Assembly (NCBI GenBank): GCA_012026935.1
Contig: VEPI01000001.1
Location: 26,464 to 90,463 of the forward strand
Direction of reading: 5' to 3'
Source: Melioribacter sp.
Lineage (GTDB): Bacteria; Bacteroidota; Ignavibacteria; Ignavibacteriales; Melioribacteraceae
DNA: 64,000 bases
A program made the position numbers and the translations under genes. The notes under the pieces are model-generated. The model was not told the origin of the DNA and ran no database searches. It was given only the letters and a program-made list of their open reading frames with translations. Shown here piece after piece: positions 26,756 to 35,780 of this stretch (position 1 is the first letter of the stretch; each line of letters opens with the position of its first letter).

Positions 26756-28234
26756 TTATTTTAATCCAAGCTCTTTGCACATTCTATAATAGTTTGGCGG
26801 TGCTAAGCCAAGTTTTTTAGCGGCTTCAGAATCCGATTCCGATTGCATGCGGATATATTTGAAATATTTTTCCCGGAAAATCTTTTCCATATGTTTCAAC
26901 GCTTGAATTCCTTCCGGCGATTTGAAGCTTAAGATGTCGTTGGCAAAATAATTTTCGCTAAGAGATGCTCTCTTACCTAATGCTGTTTGGATTAATTGAG
27001 GAGTAATGATTTTTTCATCGTAGAAAAGTAATCGCTGTATTAAATTTTTTAATTCGCGTACATTACCCGGCCACCCATAATCTACTAAGAGTTTAATCGC
27101 TTCTTCATTAATCACAGGCATCTCTTTTCCCATATCAATCGAAAACTCATTCAAGAAATAATCAATTAGATAATGTATATCTTCTTTTCTTTCGCGTAAT
27201 GGTGGAACGTGAATTGGTACAACATTCAATCTGTAAAATAGATCTTCACGGAATTTCTTTTCACGAACCTCATCTTCAAGGTTCCTGTTCGTTGCTGAAA
27301 TTACTCGTACATCAACTTTAATTTTTTCGGTACGGCCGATTTTTTCAACTTCTCCATCTTGAAGTACGCGCAGAAGTTTTACTTGAGCAGTAAGAGGAAG
27401 TTCGGAAATTTCATCAAGAAAAATTGTACCGTGATGTGCCATCTCAAATAATCCGGGTTTACTTTTTTCAGCACCCGTAAACGCCCCTTTCTCATAACCG
27501 AACAATTCACTTTCAATAAGTTGATCCGGAATTCCGCCGCAATTGATCGGAATAAAATTTTCAAACTTGCGCGGACTGTTATAATTATAGTGAATATTGT
27601 ATGCAACTAATTCTTTGCCGGTTCCGGATGAACCTGTAATAAGGATTGGCGCATTACTGTTGGCGTATTTCGAAATTTCTTCACGCATCTTTTTTATTGT
27701 TGAAGAAACACCAACTATTTTTTTATTAGCCAGAACATTTTCAACGTTTCTATTCAGTTTCTGATTAGATTTTTGTTTCTCTTTAATAAGTTTCTTTCTC
27801 TCAAAAGCATTTATAATGCTCATGATAAAATCTGTCGGTTGATAAATGTATTGTTCAATATCTCCCGGATACTTGGTACAGTACCAAAACGCACCGGCTT
27901 CTATTAAGTTGTGTGCAAAATCATAATCTGTGATGTTGACAGTCATCTTGGTTATAACAATTATTTGAATTGCTAAATCGAAATCCTTAATTTTTTTTAT
28001 GAGCTGCGCACCCCGTAAACCTCCAGCAATCTGAAAGTCCATAATCACTACGTCATAAAAATTCCTTTTCTTGTCCAACAGGTCAATTGCGGAACGTCCG
28101 TCTGAAACCACATCTACTATTTTAATTCTATTTTCGAATGGTTTAATTGTATTTTCAACTCGACGTACATCAAAATCTTCGTCTTCAATCAGTAAAACTT
28201 TTATTTGTTCTTCTAACATTATTCTCCTCTCCAA
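26756..28234 (-). CDS. Sigma54-dependent response regulator (REC - AAA+ - Fis-type HTH; NtrC family)
   Basis: 492 aa. The REC domain has the acidic pocket LLIEDED. Walker A GSSGTGKE, sigma54-contact loop GAFTGA, ESELFGYEKGAFTGA, and a C-terminal HTH (AAKKLGLAPPNYYRMCKELGL). Confidence 0.9.
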   Translation of the reverse strand: MERRIMLEEQIKVLLIEDEDFDVRRVENTIKPFENRIKIVDVVSDGRSAIDLLDKKRNFYDVVIMDFQIAGGLRGAQLIKKIKDFDLAIQIIVITKMTVNITDYDFAHNLIEAGAFWYCTKYPGDIEQYIYQPTDFIMSIINAFERKKLIKEKQKSNQKLNRNVENVLANKKIVGVSSTIKKMREEISKYANSNAPILITGSSGTGKELVAYNIHYNYNSPRKFENFIPINCGGIPDQLIESELFGYEKGAFTGAEKSKPGLFEMAHHGTIFLDEISELPLTAQVKLLRVLQDGEVEKIGRTEKIKVDVRVISATNRNLEDEVREKKFREDLFYRLNVVPIHVPPLRERKEDIHYLIDYFLNEFSIDMGKEMPVINEEAIKLLVDYGWPGNVRELKNLIQRLLFYDEKIITPQLIQTALGKRASLSENYFANDILSFKSPEGIQALKHMEKIFREKYFKYIRMQSESDSEAAKKLGLAPPNYYRMCKELGLK

Positions 28235-28240
28235 TTAGAA

Positions 28241-29716
28241 TTAATAAGGAATCGTAATAGTAAATTTACATCCGCTCTCTTTAAGATTTTCAACATCAAT
28301 ATTCCAGCCGCATCTTTGTTTGGATATTTCATAAGCTATGTAACACCCGTAACCGGTTGATTGTCCCTCTGTTTTTGTTGAAACATTTTCTAAAAATAAT
28401 TTTTTTGTTCCCGATTCATCTTTTTCCATCAGCTCAGGAAGAACACCGGGACCATTATCGGAAATTACTAAAGTTGTTGTCCGTTCTTTAGAATTAAATT
28501 TTGTCATAACGTTAATTAGAAGATCAATATCACCTGCGTGGTCAATGCTATTTTGTATTAAAGGTTCAATTATTTCCCAGACAACAAATTCATTGATGCT
28601 TATCGGTGGAACTTTTTCATCAAGATTCATTTGTATTTTGAAAGAACCGGACTTGGCTGCTGTACGATTAAAAATATGTTCAACAATAAATCGAATTACT
28701 TCATTCAAATCAGTCCTGAAGGCTGCATTTCGTATCGTTTGAATCGGAGGATCATACCATTTCATATCATAGATTACACGCGAGATAAAACTGGAATAAC
28801 GGGAAACACGATATTTAATTTCGTTAATATTTTGCGGTGAGAGCATTCTAAGATCATCTTTAATAAAACCCATTACTTTTTCTGCTTTATGATGTGTGTG
28901 GTAAATACGTTTTGTGAACATCGCTTCCTTATCATGTTCTATCACCTGCTTGATACTTCTCTCGTGTTCGTCAAACAAAAGTTTTTGAGTTTCGTCCCTC
29001 TCTTTAACCGTATAAGTAGAGATATAATACATCGCCAGCAGGCCGAGTAAAAAAAGTGCCGAATAAATTAACGATGTTTCTTCGTAGTTAGAAACGATTT
29101 CGCGTTGAATGAAAGAAACATCTGCAGTATTGCGCATATAAAGAGCGCCAATAAATTCTCCGCTTGGAACGAAAGGAACAAATATGTGATACGTTTGCTT
29201 ATCGCTTAATATATTTATTATTTGTTCTTTCTTTATAAGTTCTGTCTTGATACTATCGTAAAGCTTAATTGCTTCTCTGTGGCGTCCGGTGGCGTCCGGC
29301 AGATTAATCTTCTGATTGAAAATAAATGAAAAGAGTACGCGTCCATCATCAATAGCACGGATTTTTTTCCCATCGTTTACCAATAAACAAATTTCTTCCA
29401 CGTTCTGTTGTAAGACCTGCTGATTAAGAATAATATCAAAAAATTGAATGATCTGACGTTTATCCGATTCACTTACCGGTGTTTTTAACTTCGAAGTTTC
29501 CAAAAGAAGTTCTAGTGTTGTTGTACTTAGATTTGCAAATCTTTCGGCAGAATGTTTCTGGAACCATTCCTGAGTGTTTTCAACAAAATTGTGAAGCGAT
29601 GCTTTATGTACATAAGAAAGTACAAATTGAAAAATAATCAGTCCGACAAAAAGCACAGTAAGGTGTTTAAACTCGAAGTGATATTTTTTTAGATTTTCGA
29701 ATAACTGATTTTTCAT
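28241..29716 (-). CDS. Membrane sensor histidine kinase with a periplasmic domain and an atypical H-box
   Basis: 491 aa. Two TM helices (about aa 20-38 and 215-235) flank a periplasmic segment of about 175 aa. HATPase_c boxes are present (QNSIDHAG, ISDNGPGV, GYGCYIAYEI). There is no canonical HExxxP H-box; the candidate is RIYHTHHKAEK. Confidence 0.75.
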   Translation of the reverse strand: MKNQLFENLKKYHFEFKHLTVLFVGLIIFQFVLSYVHKASLHNFVENTQEWFQKHSAERFANLSTTTLELLLETSKLKTPVSESDKRQIIQFFDIILNQQVLQQNVEEICLLVNDGKKIRAIDDGRVLFSFIFNQKINLPDATGRHREAIKLYDSIKTELIKKEQIINILSDKQTYHIFVPFVPSGEFIGALYMRNTADVSFIQREIVSNYEETSLIYSALFLLGLLAMYYISTYTVKERDETQKLLFDEHERSIKQVIEHDKEAMFTKRIYHTHHKAEKVMGFIKDDLRMLSPQNINEIKYRVSRYSSFISRVIYDMKWYDPPIQTIRNAAFRTDLNEVIRFIVEHIFNRTAAKSGSFKIQMNLDEKVPPISINEFVVWEIIEPLIQNSIDHAGDIDLLINVMTKFNSKERTTTLVISDNGPGVLPELMEKDESGTKKLFLENVSTKTEGQSTGYGCYIAYEISKQRCGWNIDVENLKESGCKFTITIPY

Positions 29717-29723
29717 AATGAAA

Positions 29724-31052
29724 TTATTTTATAAAAACATCGCCGGAGTTAATAGTTCGCTGGGCCTTGCCGAGTGCTTCTTTAACGCTAATCTTATTTT
29801 GGATTGCCAAATTTAAGTAAGAAGCTATTATATCTGAACATTTAGTATATTTTTCCGAGAAGGGTCTGTGAACACCACTCTTTAAAACTTTATTGTAAAA
29901 TATTAATTCAGGATGTTTCTTCATGAATGTTGTATCGGAATACATACTCTTTTTGACCGGTAAGTATCCCCCTACCTCATATAAGGTTTTCTGTACTTCA
30001 TCGCTCAATAAATATTTTATAAACTCAATTACTTCGCTTTTCTTTGTTGAATACTTAGACATCATTAAGTTCCAGCCGCCTATAATACTTACGGGCGTCC
30101 CTCCGGAAAAATGAGGCATCGGTGCTTTTTCGTAAATACTAGAAACGTCTTCGTTCTTTACATTTTTGTCGTACCATTCATAAAAACCCCACCATCCTCT
30201 AAGAAAAGCATCCTGGTGATTAACGAAGTGAACATAACATTCGGTTTCTCTATAATCTGTAATTTCTTTTGGTGAAATATTGTATTTATTCACAAGATCA
30301 ACCAAAAGTTGTAATGCATTTTCTGCAGCTTTAGTATTTAATCTAACGGTATCGTTTACAAACAATTTATCGTTCTGTGACTCAAGTAACTCGACAAAAC
30401 TGCACATCAATCCCTCGTAATCATCGGAAGGAAATACATAGGCCGAGTGGCCGTTCCGCTTCAATCTTTGCCCGACAGATATAAACCTATCCCATGTGAT
30501 AGAATTATCAAGTTCATTTTTAATCGAAGAATAATCCGGCAGCTTTTTAAGTATTGAATTATTGTAGTACAAAATTCCAATGTCAAAATAGAGAGGAAGT
30601 GCAACAAGATCATCTTTGTAATAACATGTACCAATCGCTTGATCTATTATCTGTTGATTTTGGGACGGCAGAAAATATTTGGTCAATGGTTCAGTCCATT
30701 TAGCAAAACGCGGAACCCAGATTTGATCTACCGAAAAAAGATCTACTCGGTCGCTCTTACTTCTAAGATACCGGATTAGTAATTCTTTTCTCTCGTTAGT
30801 GCTGAATTTTTCAAACGGAAGGTCTATCGGAACAACTTCAATTCGTCCTTTGTTTATCTCGTTAAAGCGGTCAATTACAAGTTTATGACTTTGAGAAATA
30901 TTATCCACATAATAAATTTTCTTTACTCCTTCATTGCTAACCTTAAAATAATCACCGAACAAAAACATAACTACGAGTACAGTAAGAACTAAAAAAGTTA
31001 TTGCAACAATTGAAATATAAAACGTTCTGATATTTTGCTTAAGCTTTATCAT
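29724..31052 (-). CDS. Membrane-anchored extracellular solute-binding protein (sugar SBP family 1-like) without cognate ABC permease/ATPase genes
   Basis: 442 aa with a single N-terminal TM helix (FYISIVAITFLVLTVLVVMFLF). The rest has SBP_bac_1-like length and composition. No ABC membrane or ATPase gene is present in the window. Confidence 0.6.
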   Translation of the reverse strand: MIKLKQNIRTFYISIVAITFLVLTVLVVMFLFGDYFKVSNEGVKKIYYVDNISQSHKLVIDRFNEINKGRIEVVPIDLPFEKFSTNERKELLIRYLRSKSDRVDLFSVDQIWVPRFAKWTEPLTKYFLPSQNQQIIDQAIGTCYYKDDLVALPLYFDIGILYYNNSILKKLPDYSSIKNELDNSITWDRFISVGQRLKRNGHSAYVFPSDDYEGLMCSFVELLESQNDKLFVNDTVRLNTKAAENALQLLVDLVNKYNISPKEITDYRETECYVHFVNHQDAFLRGWWGFYEWYDKNVKNEDVSSIYEKAPMPHFSGGTPVSIIGGWNLMMSKYSTKKSEVIEFIKYLLSDEVQKTLYEVGGYLPVKKSMYSDTTFMKKHPELIFYNKVLKSGVHRPFSEKYTKCSDIIASYLNLAIQNKISVKEALGKAQRTINSGDVFIK

Positions 31053-31061
31053 TTACTCGAT

Positions 31062-32900
31062 CTATAACAAATTTTTCTTTTTCAATAGTTCAAATCTCTT
31101 AAACCAGCTTGAAAAGTTTGGTGTATATGGTACCGCCAATAATTGTCCGCCGAAACCAAATCTTCTCAAAACAATCATATTAGTTGTTGAAACCTTTATG
31201 GAATTCAGTGCAGCATCATTGATTTCTACTCCATAATCAGCCGCAAGTTTGGCCGCAGTATTATCCAGATTCTTGTACATCTTCTCGGTTCTTAAAATAT
31301 TTTTAATATCTTCTTTAGCTTCATCAAAAGAAGCAACTTTTTCTTTTTTACCTTCTCTTTTATCCAATAATTTGATGAGCGAATATCCTTCCGGAGTTTT
31401 AATCGGACCAAACACTTCACCAATTTTCATACGTGCTGCTGCTTTCCCAATCTCTCCTTTTTCAGATTCCTTAAAAAAACCGGTTTCACCTCCTCGTGAT
31501 CTAAGAGAATCACGGTTGGTATATTTTTTTGCAACCTCTTTAAAATCCGCACCATGGTCTAATTCGTTAAGAGCTAATTCAATGGTGTTAAGATCGTTTG
31601 TTAAGATTTCCGAAATATTAAATTCATCGGGCTGTTGAATAACCCTGTTTGCTTTAACAAAAAAATTATAAGCATCGTCATCACTTACGGTTTGATCCTT
31701 AAAAAATTTTTTCATCATTTCGTGTGAGAGGTAATAATCTTTCCACATTTTTAATTCTGAAACAACTTCGGGTAATTTATAATACGCGCGCTTTTTCGCT
31801 TCCCTCACAAGTAATTCGCTCTTAATATAGAAGCTGATATACGAGTTCAACCGGCTTTTTATTTGGGTGGAATCAAATGTTTGAAATTCAAAATCCTGAA
31901 ATGAAAGATAATCGAATAATTTAGAGAGTGTAACCGGTTCCTTCGGAAATTTTATGATGATTTCACCGAGTTGTTTCTCATTAAATGATTCTTTGAGCTT
32001 TGGAATATCAGCCTCACCGATTCTATACTTACCCCCCTTATTTTTCAAAAGATTCTTCTTGTTTTCATTGATATAGTTCATTAATACTTGAAATAACTTT
32101 TCAACCATTGAGCGATCTGCATTAACAACAATTCCTTTAAAAAATCTTAAATAAAACTCTTGATATATTTTATCTTCAATCCTAGATTTAATGATTTTTT
32201 CAACCTTTGATTTTTCACTTTCGTTCAAATCCATTTTTGAAGTAACAGAAAAAATTTTACATATATACCAGCCTTCTTTCAATTCTATTGGCGGTGTAAT
32301 TTGTCCTACTCCAATCTTATATATTGCATCTTCCATTCTTTCATTCATGGTGCCAAATGTAACTTCGGCAGCATCTTTTTGTTCTTTTTTTTCCGGCCGT
32401 GTTGTAAGAATTGAATCGAACGATGCACCCAAATTTATGTCTGCATATATTTTTTCTATTTCTCTTTCATCCAGGGAAAAAATAAATTTTGTTCGTACAC
32501 TTCTCATCATTCGTAATCGCCCTTGCACCAATGCGGAATCGGGAATAACTATTTTATCCAGAACTTCTTTTTTATATAAAGCGTCCCTTAAATAAATGTT
32601 CGATAAATTTTCCATCATTGCGTGATAATTTTGTGACTTATCCACTCCTTCTTTTTTGGCAGCTTGAGCTAAAAGTTTTTCGGCAATTAAAGTGTAAAGG
32701 AAATTTTTCTTGAATGAGGTTGAATCAAAACCTTCCTTGTCTGTAACGTGAGGAATAAATTCATACCGTTTACGAAACTCGTCTTTTGTAATTGTTATAT
32801 CGCCGGCTTTTGCTACAATGTCTTTTGATGACTGCGGATAAAGATTTGAAATTCCTATCAGGAAAATTAATAGACATGGAAAAAAATAATTCGATCTCAT
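31062..32900 (-). CDS. SurA/PpiD-like periplasmic peptidyl-prolyl isomerase (parvulin type)
   Basis: 612 aa with a signal peptide. It has SurA-like helical regions and a parvulin-like segment (GGETGFFKESEKGEIGKAAARMKIGEVFGPIKTPEGYSLIKLL). Confidence 0.7.
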   Translation of the reverse strand: MRSNYFFPCLLIFLIGISNLYPQSSKDIVAKAGDITITKDEFRKRYEFIPHVTDKEGFDSTSFKKNFLYTLIAEKLLAQAAKKEGVDKSQNYHAMMENLSNIYLRDALYKKEVLDKIVIPDSALVQGRLRMMRSVRTKFIFSLDEREIEKIYADINLGASFDSILTTRPEKKEQKDAAEVTFGTMNERMEDAIYKIGVGQITPPIELKEGWYICKIFSVTSKMDLNESEKSKVEKIIKSRIEDKIYQEFYLRFFKGIVVNADRSMVEKLFQVLMNYINENKKNLLKNKGGKYRIGEADIPKLKESFNEKQLGEIIIKFPKEPVTLSKLFDYLSFQDFEFQTFDSTQIKSRLNSYISFYIKSELLVREAKKRAYYKLPEVVSELKMWKDYYLSHEMMKKFFKDQTVSDDDAYNFFVKANRVIQQPDEFNISEILTNDLNTIELALNELDHGADFKEVAKKYTNRDSLRSRGGETGFFKESEKGEIGKAAARMKIGEVFGPIKTPEGYSLIKLLDKREGKKEKVASFDEAKEDIKNILRTEKMYKNLDNTAAKLAADYGVEINDAALNSIKVSTTNMIVLRRFGFGGQLLAVPYTPNFSSWFKRFELLKKKNLL

Positions 32901-33102
32901 ATTTACTTTCGCTTATATATTATTACACAACAAAATAAAGAAAAAAACAGTTTAACTACCGATATCATATGTTTATGAATAAAAAACAGAAAATTAACTT
33001 GATCTTATAGCAATAAATTTGCAGTCTGCTTGTAAGTTCAAATGAAATTTATGTAATTTTTAGTTGCAATTCTTATCTCTATTTTTACAATATGAGGTCA
33101 AC

Positions 33103-33948
33103 ATGATTAGCAGAGCATTTTATTTTGTTTTGATTTTACTAACACTTTCTTCTACCAGCTGTAAATCGCAATCTACAGAAAGCAATTTGAATATTCAGGA
33201 CTCGACATCAATTGCAGGGTGGAGTCTGGTTTGGTCCGATGAATTTAATTATACAGGTCTTCCGGATTCTAAAAAGTGGGGTTACGATGTTGCCGCTCCC
33301 GGATGGGTTAATAATGAAGCTCAGGCCTATCACGATAACAGACTTGAAAACTCCCGTGTTGAAAATGGAAAACTTATCATTGAGGCTCGTCTAGATGGTT
33401 ATAAAAATTATCCTTACTCCTCTGCACGACTCGTAACAAAAAACCGTGGTGACTGGACTTACGGCAGATTTGAAATCCGCGCAAAAATACCTTTTGGCAA
33501 AGGAACGTGGCCTGCGATCTGGATGCTTCCAACTGTTTGGAGTCTGGGTGACGGCGGCTGGCCGGATAACGGCGAGATTGATATTATGGAACATGTCGGT
33601 TACGATCAAGGTGTTATTCATGCATCAACACATTGCAATAAATATGTCTGGACAAACGGAAATCAAAAAACCGGAACGATAAATATTCCCGATTGCAGTT
33701 CAGCATTTCACAATTATATTTTAGAATGGTCGGCATCTGAAATTAAAGTTTACGTTGATGGGACTTTATATTTCACAAATACTAATGAGAACAAAGGATG
33801 GCAATACTGGCCGTTCTATAAAGATTTTCATTTAATTCTAAATCTTGCTATCGGCGGATCATGGGGCGGTGCTCAGGGGATTGATAATAATATCTTTCCT
33901 CAAAGAATGGAAGTTGAGTATGTAAGAGTATATAAGAAAGCGGGATAA
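33103..33948 (+). CDS. GH16 laminarinase-type beta-glucanase, probable lipoprotein, no T9SS CTD
   Basis: The track ORF starts at TTG 33064. The in-frame ATG at 33103 gives MISRAFYFVLILLTLSSTSC. Motifs: WSDEFN, GEIDIMEH, and VEYVRVYK at the end. Confidence 0.9.
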   Translation: MISRAFYFVLILLTLSSTSCKSQSTESNLNIQDSTSIAGWSLVWSDEFNYTGLPDSKKWGYDVAAPGWVNNEAQAYHDNRLENSRVENGKLIIEARLDGYKNYPYSSARLVTKNRGDWTYGRFEIRAKIPFGKGTWPAIWMLPTVWSLGDGGWPDNGEIDIMEHVGYDQGVIHASTHCNKYVWTNGNQKTGTINIPDCSSAFHNYILEWSASEIKVYVDGTLYFTNTNENKGWQYWPFYKDFHLILNLAIGGSWGGAQGIDNNIFPQRMEVEYVRVYKKAG

Positions 33949-34010
33949 TAATACTTGCTTTAATATTTTTGTTATTAACAAAAAAGTTTTTGTCGTGGTT
34001 TAAGATTGCT

Positions 34011-35633
34011 CTACGAAGGGAGAGTGAAATTAAATTTACTTCCTTTCTCCGGAATACTTTCAATCCATATTTTACCATTATTGCGTTCAACAAACTCTTT
34101 ACAAAGTATTAATCCCAGCCCGGAACCACTTTCGTTTTCTGTTCCGGTCTTAGAACGAGTTATATCCAGACTAAAAAGATTATCAATTATATTTTGATCC
34201 ATGCCAACACCGCTATCTTGTACAACGATCTGTACCATAGCTCCTTGTTGAACTGCATTAACATTTATCAATCCGCCTTTATAACTAAACTTAATAGCAT
34301 TTGTTAAGAGATTCCGAATTACAGTATTAAGCATATCTTCATCTGCTGTAACAATTGTATCGTAAGAAATTTTGTTGAGAAGCTGAATTTGTTTTTTTTC
34401 TGCCGACTTACAAAGAAGACTGAAATTTTCATCAACAATTTTCTTTAGTTCAAGTTTCTGAGGATTAAAATCAATTCTCCCCGTTTGAGACCTTGACCAA
34501 TGCAATAAGTTTTGAAGCAAATGATGAGATATCTCGGCAGATTTTTTCATTTCTTGAATATAGAATAATCTTTCTTCATCCTGGAGATCTGAATAATCAC
34601 TGAGTAATAAATCAGAGAAGCCCAGAATTGTTATAAAAGGATTTCTTAAATCATGTGCGATGATCGAGAAAAATTTGTCTTTAGTTTGATTGAGCTGTTT
34701 CAATTCTTCAGAATATTTTTTTATCTCGTCGGCGTTTCTCTTTCTTTCTATCACCTGGGCAATTTGTTCCGATACGAAGGTTAGCAATTGCATTTCAGCT
34801 TCACTGTAAGCTTTTTCGTTTTTATAATCTTGTACAACAATAACTCCAATTGTTTTGCCGCCAACTTTAAGAGGTACACCAAGCCAGACTGGTGATTGTG
34901 AACCGATTAATTCTATCTCTCCGGCTTTTCTCAACTCAGTATCTTTTTGAAGGTCTACAAGTATTGCTTCGCCTTTTCTTAGAACGTATTCGGTTAATCC
35001 CCTACCCGGTTTTTTAGATGCTTCGGGCGGATCGAACTCATCTACAAAATACGGAAACGAAATCATATCACTTTTAGCATCATATAAAGCAATGTAAATA
35101 TTTTTTACCGGCATTAAAGTTGCGATTGCTTGATGAATTTTTTTATAAAGAGCATACATATCGGAAGCCGTATATGCTGCTTCAGAAATTTCAAAAAGTG
35201 CTTCGCGAAGTAATTCTGCTCTTTTGCTTTCAGAAATATCCGACGCGACTGCAACAACCACATCTTTATCCAAGTATTTTCCAGGAGAGATACTGACTTT
35301 CTTCGGGAATATTTCACCGTTAGATCGTTTGCCCCAAAATTCAAATTGCTGCGGTTTTCCGGAAAACGCTTTTTGAACATACTCAAAAATTAGACCCAAG
35401 TTGTTCAAACCCGGTGCAGAAAGAAACTCAGGAGTTTTACCAATAAAAAATTCGCGAGGATAACCGTACATTTTCACTGCACCATCGTTTACATCCAAGA
35501 ATTTTCCGTCCTTATCTTGAATATATATTGCTTCCGTTACAGCATTGAATAAACCTCTATACGATTTTTCGATTTCTTTAAATGCTGTTACATCGAGTGG
35601 GATGTTGTTAATATTTTTTTTAGGAGTTGTCAT
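34011..35633 (-). CDS. Cytoplasmic PAS-GAF sensor histidine kinase (orphan)
   Basis: The track ORF starts at TTG 35642; the ATG is at 35633. It has PAS-like and GAF-like segments, a canonical H-box FSIIAHDLRNPF, and HATPase boxes (NAIKF, DSGVGM, GSGLGL). Confidence 0.85.
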   Translation of the reverse strand: MTTPKKNINNIPLDVTAFKEIEKSYRGLFNAVTEAIYIQDKDGKFLDVNDGAVKMYGYPREFFIGKTPEFLSAPGLNNLGLIFEYVQKAFSGKPQQFEFWGKRSNGEIFPKKVSISPGKYLDKDVVVAVASDISESKRAELLREALFEISEAAYTASDMYALYKKIHQAIATLMPVKNIYIALYDAKSDMISFPYFVDEFDPPEASKKPGRGLTEYVLRKGEAILVDLQKDTELRKAGEIELIGSQSPVWLGVPLKVGGKTIGVIVVQDYKNEKAYSEAEMQLLTFVSEQIAQVIERKRNADEIKKYSEELKQLNQTKDKFFSIIAHDLRNPFITILGFSDLLLSDYSDLQDEERLFYIQEMKKSAEISHHLLQNLLHWSRSQTGRIDFNPQKLELKKIVDENFSLLCKSAEKKQIQLLNKISYDTIVTADEDMLNTVIRNLLTNAIKFSYKGGLINVNAVQQGAMVQIVVQDSGVGMDQNIIDNLFSLDITRSKTGTENESGSGLGLILCKEFVERNNGKIWIESIPEKGSKFNFTLPS

Positions 35634-35780
35634 AAACTCCAAATAAATGTGTTAAATTTTAAGCGAATATAGATTTTAGCTTCGTTATAAGCAAAGAGAA
35701 AACCTAATTGAATAATGATTTAAATACTTACAGATAGAACATCTTTTAATTGATTTTTTAAATCCGCAAAGAAAAAATTG

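Noticed and set aside
26738-26760. AT-rich hairpin AATAATTGTT-GGG-AACAATTATT overlapping the stop codon of the sigma54 activator, as a possible terminator.
   Set aside because: The stem is all A/T except one G-C pair and is not followed by a U-run. It is too weak to call from sequence alone.
33949-34010. Possible bidirectional terminator between the convergent GH16 (+) and PAS-GAF kinase (-) genes (TTGTTATTAACAA).
   Set aside because: The inverted repeat leaves a loop that is too short (effectively a 4-bp stem) and is entirely A/T. It is not supportable.
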